IMG/VR virus record: IMGVR_UViG_3300022841_000021
Coordinates: 1 to 51,285 of that record
Strand: one strand, 5' to 3'
Origin: a virus
Lineage: Duplodnaviria; Caudoviricetes
Length of the DNA: 51,285 bases
This document shows, piece after piece, positions 1-9,266 of this stretch. Each line of letters begins with the position of its first letter. Within the stretch, counting starts at the first letter, position 1. The notes under the pieces were generated by a model. The model saw nothing but the letters and a program-made list of their open reading frames with translations, did no database searches and was not told the DNA's origin. The position numbers were made by a program, and so were the translations under genes.

Positions 1-101
1 TGTTAGGAGTTGTCTGACCACTAAATAATTTGCCTCAGTGCTAAATTTTTCAACGCAGTCGCCTAATATTACGGAGTTTAAAGAAGTTTAAAGTTTTTTT
101 G

Positions 102-152
102 TATATTTGTGACAGAGGGATATTTTTGTATCATACTATAATACTATCTTTG
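102..152 (+). promoter_or_regulatory. Two Bacteroidota-type -7 promoter elements (TATATTTG 102-109, TATCTTTG 145-152)
   Basis: Match to the TAnnTTTG consensus upstream of a + strand gene run. Confidence 0.5.
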
Positions 153-416
153 TATAACAATATAAGGTACGAACTAAAGTTTTTGGATGTTCTCTACTCT
201 AGGGTTCTCTTATATATAAGTTCTTTGCTTGAAGATAAACGATAATACCCTACATCTTAAAGGTGGAATATTATAAACTGTATCAGCAGTTGCGTTTATT
301 GTAGAGGTGTGATGACAGGTATTGCTAGGTAGCTCCTAAATTATCAAAAATATTCCATAACTGAAATTTGGACAAAGAACTTTTAATTTAAAACCAATAA
401 TTAAATAAATAATAAG

Positions 417-581
417 ATGAAAAAAAACCTAGTAAAAACAAAGAAAGAAGGCGGGACAGTAGGTAGTTTTGTTAGATTACCAATAGCTTTAAAAGAAGAG
501 GCTCAAATTTGGTGCATTAAAAATAAGAAAAGTTTAACTGATATCATAATTAAAGGTATCGAAAATGAAATAAAAAAATAA
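417..581 (+). CDS. 54-aa ribbon-helix-helix (Arc-like) DNA-binding protein, not in ORF track
   Basis: MKKNLVKTKKEGGTVGSFVRLPIALKEEAQIWCIKNKKSLTDIIIKGIENEIKK; beta strand xRLP, helix, SL-helix pattern; stop overlaps next ATG. Confidence 0.65.
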   Translation: MKKNLVKTKKEGGTVGSFVRLPIALKEEAQIWCIKNKKSLTDIIIKGIENEIKK

Positions 582-823
582 TGACAAAGCTATCGATAAG
601 ACATAGTAGAATTTCACCAAACGTATCAGTTTCTCTAATCAAGGATTCTAGTACAGGAATTATGATTTGGAGATATAGGTTTACCGAAAGCAGTAAAGCC
701 AATATACATCTAAGACAAAAGTTCATAGATTATACTCACGACCAGTTTAGGTCTATAGAAACATTTAGAAGCTATATAGAAAGAGAAATAGAATCTAAAA
801 AAAGAAAATTAGAAAACGCATGA
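581..823 (+). CDS. Hypothetical phage protein
   Basis: ORF translationally coupled to both neighbours. Confidence 0.6.
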   Translation: MTKLSIRHSRISPNVSVSLIKDSSTGIMIWRYRFTESSKANIHLRQKFIDYTHDQFRSIETFRSYIEREIESKKRKLENA

Positions 824-1149
824 AGTCAGAAGCAAGAATACAGCAGGAGATAGTTATGTTTTTTAACAACGAATACCCTGAGTTAAGAGGGTGTTTATGT
901 TATAACAACAATAATTCTACTGGGGCTTACCGAGGTAAGGTAAATAAATTCCTTGGAGTCGTTAAAGGTCGTTCTGATATGGTTTTATACTATAATGGAA
1001 ATTCCTATATGTTAGAGCTAAAAAACGAAAAAGGTAGGCAAAGCCTCGCTCAAAAAGAATGGCAAGAGTTAATGGTTTTTCACGGATTTGAATACGCAGT
1101 TATTCGTTCGTTAGAAGATTTTAAAGAAATACTAAATATAATACTATAA
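820..1149 (+). CDS. VRR-NUC domain nuclease (putative Holliday-junction resolvase)
   Basis: SEARIQ start, GVVKGRSD, ELK..KGRQS..QK.W motifs. Confidence 0.85.
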   Translation: MKSEARIQQEIVMFFNNEYPELRGCLCYNNNNSTGAYRGKVNKFLGVVKGRSDMVLYYNGNSYMLELKNEKGRQSLAQKEWQELMVFHGFEYAVIRSLEDFKEILNIIL

Positions 1150-1153
1150 AAAC

Positions 1154-1492
1154 ATGTCACAAAAAGATATAGAAGAAGAGGCAAGAGAAAGAAGACAAAG
1201 AATAATTGCACAGAATGGACCATCAGGTATTCATTACTATAAAGATTCAGGTATTTACGTAACTAATAGTTCGAATATATCTATAAAGGAACCTAATAAA
1301 TACAAAGTAAAGTGCAAAGGTGTAGAAATAGACGTCTACGATGTTTTAACCGCCTTTAACGTAACAAACCCAGCAATTCAACACGCAATAAAGAAATTAT
1401 TAAAAGGAGGAACTAGGGGTTACAAGGACGAAAAACAAGACTATACAGAGTCTATTGAAGCTATTAATAGAGGTATAGAACTAATTAAATAA
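1154..1492 (+). CDS. Conserved phage protein (DUF3310-like), paralog of 32994..33380
   Basis: IDVYDVL..F.V.NPAIQHAIKKLL.GG.RGYKD motif present in both copies. Confidence 0.6.
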   Translation: MSQKDIEEEARERRQRIIAQNGPSGIHYYKDSGIYVTNSSNISIKEPNKYKVKCKGVEIDVYDVLTAFNVTNPAIQHAIKKLLKGGTRGYKDEKQDYTESIEAINRGIELIK

Positions 1493-1575
1493 TATATGGC
1501 ATATATAAACTACTGGCTATTTCCCGTAATGTCACCATGCGGAACTTTTGTAACTTATAAAAAAATGTATTACTA

Positions 1576-1953
1576 ATGAATAAATTAAACGAAAATCAAA
1601 TTGAGAATTTAAGCGGAGCAATATTAACAGGATTTGAGCATTGTCACTACCTAGAAGAAATGGTAAAAGCAAAAGTATTTGCACCCGCAGCACTTAATCA
1701 AGTAAAAAAAACTCTAAAGCATTTAATGTTTTTAGAAGAAAGCTTTTACAACCAAGTAGAAGCTATGGATGAAGATAATTTAGCTGACAAAATAATGTCA
1801 AACAAATTAGATTATGTAAAAAGGCACTTAAATAAGTACCATAATAGTAAGTATATAAAATTTCAACAAATAGAAGTAGCTTTTGACTTAGACCCTGTGA
1901 GATTGGCGGGTATATCAGATAAGATACTTCAAGAAAACGGAGCAAAAAAATAA
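1576..1953 (+). CDS. Hypothetical phage protein
   Basis: 125-aa ORF in operon. Confidence 0.6.
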   Translation: MNKLNENQIENLSGAILTGFEHCHYLEEMVKAKVFAPAALNQVKKTLKHLMFLEESFYNQVEAMDEDNLADKIMSNKLDYVKRHLNKYHNSKYIKFQQIEVAFDLDPVRLAGISDKILQENGAKK

Positions 1954-2174
1954 TGGAAGTAAGCGAAGCTTGTCAAATTTGCTTTAAAAAAGAAATTAAA
2001 GTCTACCCTGTGAAAGTCGGGGGGACTTTCCGTATTGAAGTAAAAGAAGGTCAAAATAAACCTGTAAGATATAATAAACCTGTTAAAGCAGGTATAGATA
2101 CGGGAAAAGCTATGGCTAGTACGTATATTTTTCTAGCTAAAAAAATTCTAAAAAAAGAAACATACCTTATTTAA
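1953..2174 (+). CDS. Hypothetical phage protein
   Basis: Coupled to the upstream stop (TAATG). Confidence 0.6.
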   Translation: MEVSEACQICFKKEIKVYPVKVGGTFRIEVKEGQNKPVRYNKPVKAGIDTGKAMASTYIFLAKKILKKETYLI

Positions 2175-2185
2175 AATTTTTAGCG

Positions 2186-2193
2186 TACTTTTG
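2186..2193 (+). promoter_or_regulatory. -7 promoter element TACTTTTG in front of portal A
   Basis: TAnnTTTG consensus 19 nt before the ATG at 2212. Confidence 0.5.
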
Positions 2194-2211
2194 GAGGAAA
2201 TCTGTAAAGGT

Positions 2212-3519
2212 ATGCCATTGAATATTATTCAAAAATTAAGAAAACTAACGTGGACAAGAGATTCTTCAGGAAATAACTGGTACGTTAAGAACGGTGGGGA
2301 CGGCTTTGGTTCTATCGAAGGTATGACTAATTTGCAAATTGCTCAAAATCACCCTATATTAACACCTTCACTTCTTTTTATATCAAAACTATTTAGCCAG
2401 GCAGAATTTAAGGTTAGGAATAAGGATACTAAAAAAGAAGAAAAAAACCATTGGTTGATTAAACTATTAAACAACCCAAACTCTTACCAAACAAAATCAG
2501 ACTTCTTAGAAAGTTTACAGTTTAGTCAAATCGCTCAAGGTAAAGCAGTAGGTTACTTGAAGAGACCTATTGGTTTTTCAGACGCACAGGATATAGACTC
2601 AATATATCTTTTAGACTCTGATTTAATAGAGTGGCCACAAAACTATAAATCCAAAATGGTTTCTAAAGTTGCTTCAAAAACCATTGACTCTCATAAAATA
2701 AAATACGATAAAGATGGTGAAAACTTAACTATTCAAGTAAAAGACTTAATTTTCTTTTATGATTTACCTAACGGATTAAATAGAAATTTCTATGACGTTA
2801 AATCTCGTTTAGACGGCTTAAAACAAACTTTAATTAATACAAACGACTCTTTAATAGCTAAGAATATAATTCTTAAAACAAACGGCAAGGAACTTATAAG
2901 TGGCGGGAACAATGAGCACTTTCCTTTGGGTTCAGTTGATAAGGAGAACGCAGAAAGCTTATTGCAGAACAATTATGGTTTAGGTTGGTTTAGAAAAAGA
3001 GGCATTGTTACAAAGGCAAGTATAAACTATCAATCTTTACATATAGCTTTAAGAGACCTAGGTCTTGATGAATCTGTGAAAGTAGACGGTAACTTAATAT
3101 ATACTGCCTTACATATTCCAAAAGATATTATTTCTTTAGAAGCTAAGAAAACAACCTACAACAACTTTAAGGAATCTATGGTTTCTTATATTCAAAACGA
3201 AATGCAGGCTAGTATAAACTCCTTTACTGATGTAATGAATGAGTTGCTTGTAGATACTGAATTTGAGTTAGTTGGTACTTACGAGCATTTACCTATAATG
3301 CAATTCATACTTATTGAGCGTTATGAAGGTATTAGTAAAAAAGCAAAAGCTTTAAACGACTTACTTATGACGGGTATCCCTAAAGAGGTTGCTTTGGAAA
3401 TGTGTGGGTTTGATAAAACACTACAATTAGAAGAAATTCAAGTAATATCAGCATCTACAAATTCAAATATAGAATCAAATCAAAACGAAAATCAAGATGG
3501 AGAAAACGAAGCTGAGTAA
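2212..3519 (+). CDS. Portal protein (module A)
   Basis: LLNNPNSYQTKSDF...GKA...IDSIYLLDS portal motifs; size; precedes protease and capsid; ATG 2212 preferred over TTG 2191. Confidence 0.85.
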   Translation: MPLNIIQKLRKLTWTRDSSGNNWYVKNGGDGFGSIEGMTNLQIAQNHPILTPSLLFISKLFSQAEFKVRNKDTKKEEKNHWLIKLLNNPNSYQTKSDFLESLQFSQIAQGKAVGYLKRPIGFSDAQDIDSIYLLDSDLIEWPQNYKSKMVSKVASKTIDSHKIKYDKDGENLTIQVKDLIFFYDLPNGLNRNFYDVKSRLDGLKQTLINTNDSLIAKNIILKTNGKELISGGNNEHFPLGSVDKENAESLLQNNYGLGWFRKRGIVTKASINYQSLHIALRDLGLDESVKVDGNLIYTALHIPKDIISLEAKKTTYNNFKESMVSYIQNEMQASINSFTDVMNELLVDTEFELVGTYEHLPIMQFILIERYEGISKKAKALNDLLMTGIPKEVALEMCGFDKTLQLEEIQVISASTNSNIESNQNENQDGENEAE

Positions 3520-3589
3520 AGAGGAGTTAGAAAAAATAATTGCTTTAAAGAAAAAAGCGATTAACGGTAACAAGATTATTAACAAGTAG
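3497..3589 (+). CDS. 30-aa basic mini-protein between portal and protease
   Basis: MEKTKLSKEELEKIIALKKKAINGNKIINK fills the gap exactly. Confidence 0.4.
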   Translation: MEKTKLSKEELEKIIALKKKAINGNKIINK

Positions 3590-3593
3590 AATT

Positions 3594-4421
3594 ATGAAGA
3601 TAGAAATTCCACAATACGAAACAAGAAAAGAATTATTTGATTTCTTAATCCTAAACAAGGACACTTTAATTACTCAAAAAAAAAGCGTAATAAAGTTGGC
3701 TGACGGAATAGGATATACTCAATTACCTAAAGAGTATATTGATAGCGTAAATAAATCAACATCTTCAAATGAAAACCCGTCAGAAGTTCAGGTAAAAGTA
3801 GTTATAAATACTACAAACCTACTAGACTCACACGGAGACGTTCACGTAAAAGGTATTTGGAACAAGTCTTTAAAAGAGAATAAAAGAATAATGCATATTC
3901 AGGAACACCAATCAAGTTCTTTTGATAAAATAATATCTAGTGGGGATGACTTAGTTGCTTCGGTAAAAACAATGTCTTGGAAAAGCTTAGGTTATGACGC
4001 TATAGGAAATACTCAAGCACTGGTATTCGACTCAACAGTAAAGGAATCTCGTAATAAATATATGTTCGACCAATACAAACAGGGGTTTGTTACAAACCAT
4101 TCAGTTGGTATGAGGTACGTAAAAATGGAACTTGCAATAAATGACAAGGACTATGAAAAAGAAAAAGGAACTTACGATAAATATATATCTCAAGTAATAA
4201 ATAGTGACGATGCCGAAAAATTAGGTTACTTTTGGGTCGTAACAGAGGCAAAAGTAATTGAAGGCTCGGCTGTCCCTATGGGTAGCAATCCAATTACACC
4301 AACAATAAACACCAAAAGTGAGCCGTCTTTCCTTGATATGATTGGAAAAATAGACACTCACAAGAAAGCCGCACAAGGCACTTTCGATATATTTGATGCA
4401 ATTAGTAAAACAAATTTTTAA
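3594..4421 (+). CDS. Prohead protease (HK97-like, module A)
   Basis: DSHGDVH, HSVGM, EGSAVPMGSNP motifs; position. Confidence 0.8.
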   Translation: MKIEIPQYETRKELFDFLILNKDTLITQKKSVIKLADGIGYTQLPKEYIDSVNKSTSSNENPSEVQVKVVINTTNLLDSHGDVHVKGIWNKSLKENKRIMHIQEHQSSSFDKIISSGDDLVASVKTMSWKSLGYDAIGNTQALVFDSTVKESRNKYMFDQYKQGFVTNHSVGMRYVKMELAINDKDYEKEKGTYDKYISQVINSDDAEKLGYFWVVTEAKVIEGSAVPMGSNPITPTINTKSEPSFLDMIGKIDTHKKAAQGTFDIFDAISKTNF

Positions 4422-4438
4422 TTTAAAACCAATTTAGT

Positions 4439-5698
4439 ATGACAAAAGAAGAATTTGACGCACTTATTTTAAAGATAGAAGGTTCTATCGGTACGTCTAT
4501 GGACACAAAGTTAAAGGATGCTTTTAAAGAAGTAAATCCAGCTGTCTTAAAAGCAATTAGTGACAATTCAGTTGAGTTGAAAGCTACAATCGAAGCGTTA
4601 GGAAAAACTAACGAAGGATTAAAAACTGCTCAAAAAGAGCAAGGAGGCGTAATTGAAGGCTTACAGGCTGAGATTAACAAATCTAACAAAAACGAAAACC
4701 TATCTTTTAAAGACCAAGTAAAATCTTTACTTACTGAGAATAAAGATAAGTTGACTTCAATGAAGAACGGAGATTCTAAAACTAACGTTCGTATGGCTGT
4801 AAAAGCTGTGGGAAATATGACTTTTGGAAACGTTACGGGTCAAATTCCACAAGGGGAAAGAGAAGCTGGTATCACTAGAGTTGTAAGAAGAAATCCTTTT
4901 ATTGTAGAATTAGTGAACGTAGGTTCAATTACTTCTAACTTATGGGAGTGGGTTCAACAAGCTAATCCAGAAGGAGATGCAGCAATGACTGCGGAGGGTG
5001 CTAAAAAGGCTCAAATCGATTTCGATTTAGTTCTTGCTAGTGCGTCAGTACGTAAAGTTACTGCTTTCATCAAAGTATCTAAAGAGATGTTAGATGATAT
5101 TCCTTTAATTGAAGCTGAAATCAACCAAGAACTTACTGAGGTAATTAATCTTAAAATTGATGCTCAAGTATTATCAGGAGACGGTACGGGTCAAAACTTA
5201 GTAGGTATTAAGGACAACGCAGTAGCGTTTGCACCAGGTAGTTTTGCAACAGGTCAAGCTAATGAGGTTTCTACTCCAAACAACCAAGATGTATTGAGAG
5301 TAGCTATTAATCAGATTGCTATTGCTGAATTTCAGCCAAACTATATTATAATGCACCCATCAGATGCAGCAGCTATGGATTTATCTAAAGCAACTGACGG
5401 TCACTATATATTACCTCCGTTTTCTACAAACGCAAACACGGTAGTAAAAGGTATTCCTATTATTACAAACGTAGGTATGTCTGAAGGAGATTACCTAGTA
5501 GGAGACTTTACTAAATCTGGAGTAAGATTCAGAGAAGGTTTAGTTTTTGATGTAGGTTACGAGAATGATGATTTTACAAAGAATTTTGTAACTATATTAG
5601 CAGAGGCTAGATTAGTTCAGAGAGTAAAATCTAATCACTATCCAGCATTTGTATTAGGAGACTTTGCAACTGATAAAGCAGCTATAGCGAAAGCTTAA
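4439..5698 (+). CDS. Major capsid protein, HK97 fold (module A)
   Basis: N-terminal coiled delta domain, EGAKK, VSKEMLDD, LSGDGTGQNL.GI, IMHP.D, GDF motifs. Confidence 0.95.
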   Translation: MTKEEFDALILKIEGSIGTSMDTKLKDAFKEVNPAVLKAISDNSVELKATIEALGKTNEGLKTAQKEQGGVIEGLQAEINKSNKNENLSFKDQVKSLLTENKDKLTSMKNGDSKTNVRMAVKAVGNMTFGNVTGQIPQGEREAGITRVVRRNPFIVELVNVGSITSNLWEWVQQANPEGDAAMTAEGAKKAQIDFDLVLASASVRKVTAFIKVSKEMLDDIPLIEAEINQELTEVINLKIDAQVLSGDGTGQNLVGIKDNAVAFAPGSFATGQANEVSTPNNQDVLRVAINQIAIAEFQPNYIIMHPSDAAAMDLSKATDGHYILPPFSTNANTVVKGIPIITNVGMSEGDYLVGDFTKSGVRFREGLVFDVGYENDDFTKNFVTILAEARLVQRVKSNHYPAFVLGDFATDKAAIAKA

Positions 5699-5838
5699 TG
5701 GGGTTCTATAAAGATAACACCGTTGAAGTAAAATTTAACGGTGTAATTAAAAGAGTTTCTAAAGAGGTAGCATTAATCTTAAAGAAATCTGGTAAATTAG
5801 ATGGCCAGAAGAAAGAAAAAATAAAAACTGATAAGTAA
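5698..5838 (+). CDS. 46-aa small head-region protein
   Basis: TAATG-coupled on both sides; MGFYKDNTVEVKFNG... Confidence 0.55.
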   Translation: MGFYKDNTVEVKFNGVIKRVSKEVALILKKSGKLDGQKKEKIKTDK

Positions 5839-6494
5839 TGAGTAATATAATTGACGCAACATATTTCGAAAAAGGTTCACTTTATATCCCAAACAACAAG
5901 GATATGAATGCATCCCCTGAAGGAACTCCAACTAATCAAACTGATTTGGATTTTTTTATAATTGAATACGAGCGTGAATTGTTACTTAATGCTTTAGGTA
6001 TAGTATTATATGAAGAATTATTAACAGCACTTGAAGACTTAGATATATCTGCTCAGAAGTGGAAGGATTTAGTCAACGGACTTACTTATGAAAACATAGA
6101 AGGCGTTAAAAAACGCTGGGACGGTTTAATAGGTTACAATAATCAAAGTGTAATTGCTTTTTATATATATACTAAATACCTTAGAAACTATAATGAAACA
6201 TTTGCTACTACGGGAGTGGTTCGTAATGATTCAAAGAACGCTACTAACTATGACGCTACGCCAAAATACATTAAAGCGTATAACTCATTTTTAGAAAAAT
6301 ACCAAGCAGACTTACTACCTCAGCCAAGATTCTATGCAAATAGATTCGGAACAGAGGGTATTGACTGGTATGGTTCCGAGAAAGTACAGGTTTCATTATT
6401 TCAGTTTTTAACTGATTCTAACGAATTAGATGAAACAGCTTTTCCTGATTTTAAGTTTAAGTTCTATGAACAACAAAACTCATTTGGTATATGA
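5838..6494 (+). CDS. Putative head-tail adaptor (module A)
   Basis: Position after capsid; helical acidic protein. Confidence 0.55.
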   Translation: MSNIIDATYFEKGSLYIPNNKDMNASPEGTPTNQTDLDFFIIEYERELLLNALGIVLYEELLTALEDLDISAQKWKDLVNGLTYENIEGVKKRWDGLIGYNNQSVIAFYIYTKYLRNYNETFATTGVVRNDSKNATNYDATPKYIKAYNSFLEKYQADLLPQPRFYANRFGTEGIDWYGSEKVQVSLFQFLTDSNELDETAFPDFKFKFYEQQNSFGI

Positions 6495-7006
6495 TTGTAA
6501 CTGAGCACTTCATTCAAGCAATTGTAGATACTATTCCTTCGGTTAGAATCAACCAAAATGTATCTTCTAAACCGAAGTTTCATTGGGGCGATGAAGACGA
6601 GTTGAATAGATACGTGCAGTTAAAGCAAAATGATTCATATCCATTAATTTGGCTTCTTCCTACAACCGATAATTACGAAGGTTCTCTAGGTCAAGAGGTA
6701 ATTAAGGAGTGTTCTTTTATAATAGCAACAAGGGAGACTAGAAAAGAGTTGTTTAATAACGAAAGGTACAAAAAATCATTTGATACGGTGTTACAGCCCT
6801 TAACAGATAAGCTAATACACGGTCTTACAACCTCTTCTATAAGTGATAGGGTTGGTGATAAATGGGAGGTTATGAAGTTTCCAAATTACTCAGCAAGTAG
6901 TGATGAGAACGGAACAATTGACCTTTGGGACGCTATTGGTTTAACAATAGAAGTTAGGTTTCACTCTGATTTAAAATGTATAAAAACTATAAATTATGGC
7001 AGTTAG
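6491..7006 (+). CDS. Putative tail terminator/completion protein
   Basis: Position before tail tube; YPLIWL motif. Confidence 0.5.
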   Translation: MIVTEHFIQAIVDTIPSVRINQNVSSKPKFHWGDEDELNRYVQLKQNDSYPLIWLLPTTDNYEGSLGQEVIKECSFIIATRETRKELFNNERYKKSFDTVLQPLTDKLIHGLTTSSISDRVGDKWEVMKFPNYSASSDENGTIDLWDAIGLTIEVRFHSDLKCIKTINYGS

Positions 7007-7142
7007 TAAAAAAAAGAAAGTAGCGGTTGCTATTTCTCAATTCACCTTTTCAGGAATCCTGTATAAATTAGGAGATACTTTTACAGGTAAGAAAGGTCAA
7101 ATAGATTCATTAATCATTAAAAATTTAATAAAATGGCAGTAA
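6996..7142 (+). CDS. 48-aa small protein
   Basis: MAVSKKRKVAVAISQFTFSG..., overlaps both neighbours. Confidence 0.4.
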   Translation: MAVSKKKKVAVAISQFTFSGILYKLGDTFTGKKGQIDSLIIKNLIKWQ

Positions 7143-8068
7143 TAAACACAATAGCCTCAAAATCTGCGGGTTGCGGAGGCTCAACAATTAATACGGGTGA
7201 CTTAGGATGTGATGTAGACTTCGGTCTAGTTATACACGCACTTGGGTTCAAGAAAGGAATTAAAATTCCTAAAACTACAGATATCAATAAAGCGTATATC
7301 GATAAATTAGTACAATCAGGAGATGTAATTCCATTAATGGATGCTTTCTCTTCTGAGCCAACAATGTCTGAAGACACTTTAGAGACTTCACCTTTAGGTG
7401 TTGAGGCTTTAACTTTAAAAGGTCTTCCTAAGTATATGTTGACAATGAAGAAGGGTCAGCATTATTACAAGGAAATGGCTAAGTTGACTGGTTTTGGAAA
7501 CTTAAACTGGGTACTTGGAGATGTAAACGGAAATTGGAAATTCGCAGTAACTACTGAAGGAGATTTTACAGGTTTTACTTGTGGTCAAACATTGGCTTCA
7601 ATCACGGTACCAGCAACGGCTACTGAGACTGAGAAAAAATCTTTTTCTTTTCAGTTAACTGATAGAACTCAAATAGATTCAACTTACGCAGTTGTCTTAG
7701 CTTCTAATCTTTTCCCTATTTCTGATATTTCAGGAGTTAACGGAGTTGCTTTATCTTTTGAAGATGCTAACGGTGCGGTTGTACCTGCTAGCGGGGATAC
7801 TACCTTAAAGGTAAAAGCTTTACTAGATTCTGATAAATATACTGGAGTTGAAGGTCTTAGTGCTTCTAACTTCTCTTACTTAGTTGGTACTACGGAAGAA
7901 ACTCCTACGCTTGTTGATAACGGTGACGGTTTCTACACTTTAACTATCACTGCTTTATCGTCTTCTACTATTTCTTTAAAATTATATGATTCAAGCGAAA
8001 GCGAAAATACTATAATCTTAGAAAGTGAATTGTATAGAAGTAACTTATTAAGCGCAGTAGTAGCTTAG
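7133..8068 (+). CDS. Major tail (tube) protein with probable C-terminal Ig-like domain (module A)
   Basis: S/T/G-rich, DNGDGFYTLT motif, followed by a terminator. Confidence 0.7.
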   Translation: MAVINTIASKSAGCGGSTINTGDLGCDVDFGLVIHALGFKKGIKIPKTTDINKAYIDKLVQSGDVIPLMDAFSSEPTMSEDTLETSPLGVEALTLKGLPKYMLTMKKGQHYYKEMAKLTGFGNLNWVLGDVNGNWKFAVTTEGDFTGFTCGQTLASITVPATATETEKKSFSFQLTDRTQIDSTYAVVLASNLFPISDISGVNGVALSFEDANGAVVPASGDTTLKVKALLDSDKYTGVEGLSASNFSYLVGTTEETPTLVDNGDGFYTLTITALSSSTISLKLYDSSESENTIILESELYRSNLLSAVVA

Positions 8069-8090
8069 TAGTTTACTTGTAAGTAAATTT

Positions 8091-8124
8091 AAAACCCTTT
8101 CTCAATGCGAGGAAGGGTTTTTTT
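8091..8124 (+). terminator. Intrinsic terminator
   Basis: AAAACCCTTTCTC-AATGC-GAGGAAGGGTTTT plus T run. Confidence 0.85.
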
Positions 8125-8136
8125 AACACCTATTAT

Positions 8137-8592
8137 ATGTCAAAATTTAATGTATTGGATTACAAAAGAAGGCTTAGTTCATTTCACGTAGAAAAGAATA
8201 TATCAAAAGCAGTAAAAGAAGGTGCTTGGCAAATAATAGACTTAAATAAAATAAATCTAGCTAAGGGATTAAATAGTAAAGGAAGATTAGTAGGTACTTA
8301 CTCCGTGGTAACTCAAAACTACGCTAGAAAAGGAAGAAGACCAAATGAAAGCAAAAAAGCAGGTACTACTTATAATTTTAACTGGACTGGTGCCTTTATT
8401 AATGGAATTTTCATAACTTACAAAAATGATAAAATATCCTTCTCAAGTACAGGACTGGGACTTAGTAAGAAAAATTTTTTTATATTGAGTAACGATTTGT
8501 TAGGGGTTGAGAAAAATAGAAATGAGTTAATAAATTACGATATACTAGCACCTAGGCTGAGAAGGTATTTTAAAACACATATAGGTAAATAA
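8137..8592 (+). CDS. Basic neck/tail-completion-like protein
   Basis: Basic; TGAF motif; position. Confidence 0.45.
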   Translation: MSKFNVLDYKRRLSSFHVEKNISKAVKEGAWQIIDLNKINLAKGLNSKGRLVGTYSVVTQNYARKGRRPNESKKAGTTYNFNWTGAFINGIFITYKNDKISFSSTGLGLSKKNFFILSNDLLGVEKNRNELINYDILAPRLRRYFKTHIGK

Positions 8593-8593
8593 T

Positions 8594-9262
8594 ATGAAAG
8601 AATATTTAGGCTTCGAAGATATACCAGTTTTCAACTTCTACAAGATAGTAGAAACTTCAGACGTTAGGTGGTTTTATAAAAAGTTTAGGTTCGATAAAGA
8701 TATAACTGCGGAAGGTGAGGTAAAATCTGAACTACTAGAAAGATATAAAGAGGTTTACAATGATAGGGTTAAATATACAAATGATATCAAGACAGGCGAG
8801 TATTATAGAAAGCTTAATGAGTTAAGTGATTTGGAGACAAAATTATTTAGAATAACTTCATCATTCGATGTTTTAGTAGAGATTAATTTCGACAATGAAT
8901 TGTTTAACGAGTACGTAGAGTACTTTTCTGAAGATGAAGGATATGTTTTTGTAAAAAAAATAACAAGCAAAGAAATAAGGCTAGAGTACTTGGTATGGTT
9001 AAGGAAAAGGATAAAAGGCTTTAAGACTAAAACAGCCGTTAAGAAAGCAAATTATGCAGATATTTTAAAACCAGCTGAAATTAATTCTAAAAACGCTAAA
9101 TTTGACCCAATCAAAGAAAAGATACTTTTACAGGAATCTTTAGGGGTTACAATAGATATTTATAAATGTCCTTTAATTGAGTGGTGCGCTATGATAATTA
9201 GAGCCGAAGAAAAGTCTAAAGAAGCTAAAGAGCAGGTAGAAAAAATAAAACGTAAAAGATAA
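8594..9262 (+). CDS. Putative tail assembly chaperone
   Basis: Immediately upstream of the tape measure gene. Confidence 0.45.
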   Translation: MKEYLGFEDIPVFNFYKIVETSDVRWFYKKFRFDKDITAEGEVKSELLERYKEVYNDRVKYTNDIKTGEYYRKLNELSDLETKLFRITSSFDVLVEINFDNELFNEYVEYFSEDEGYVFVKKITSKEIRLEYLVWLRKRIKGFKTKTAVKKANYADILKPAEINSKNAKFDPIKEKILLQESLGVTIDIYKCPLIEWCAMIIRAEEKSKEAKEQVEKIKRKR

Positions 9263-9266
9263 AGGT

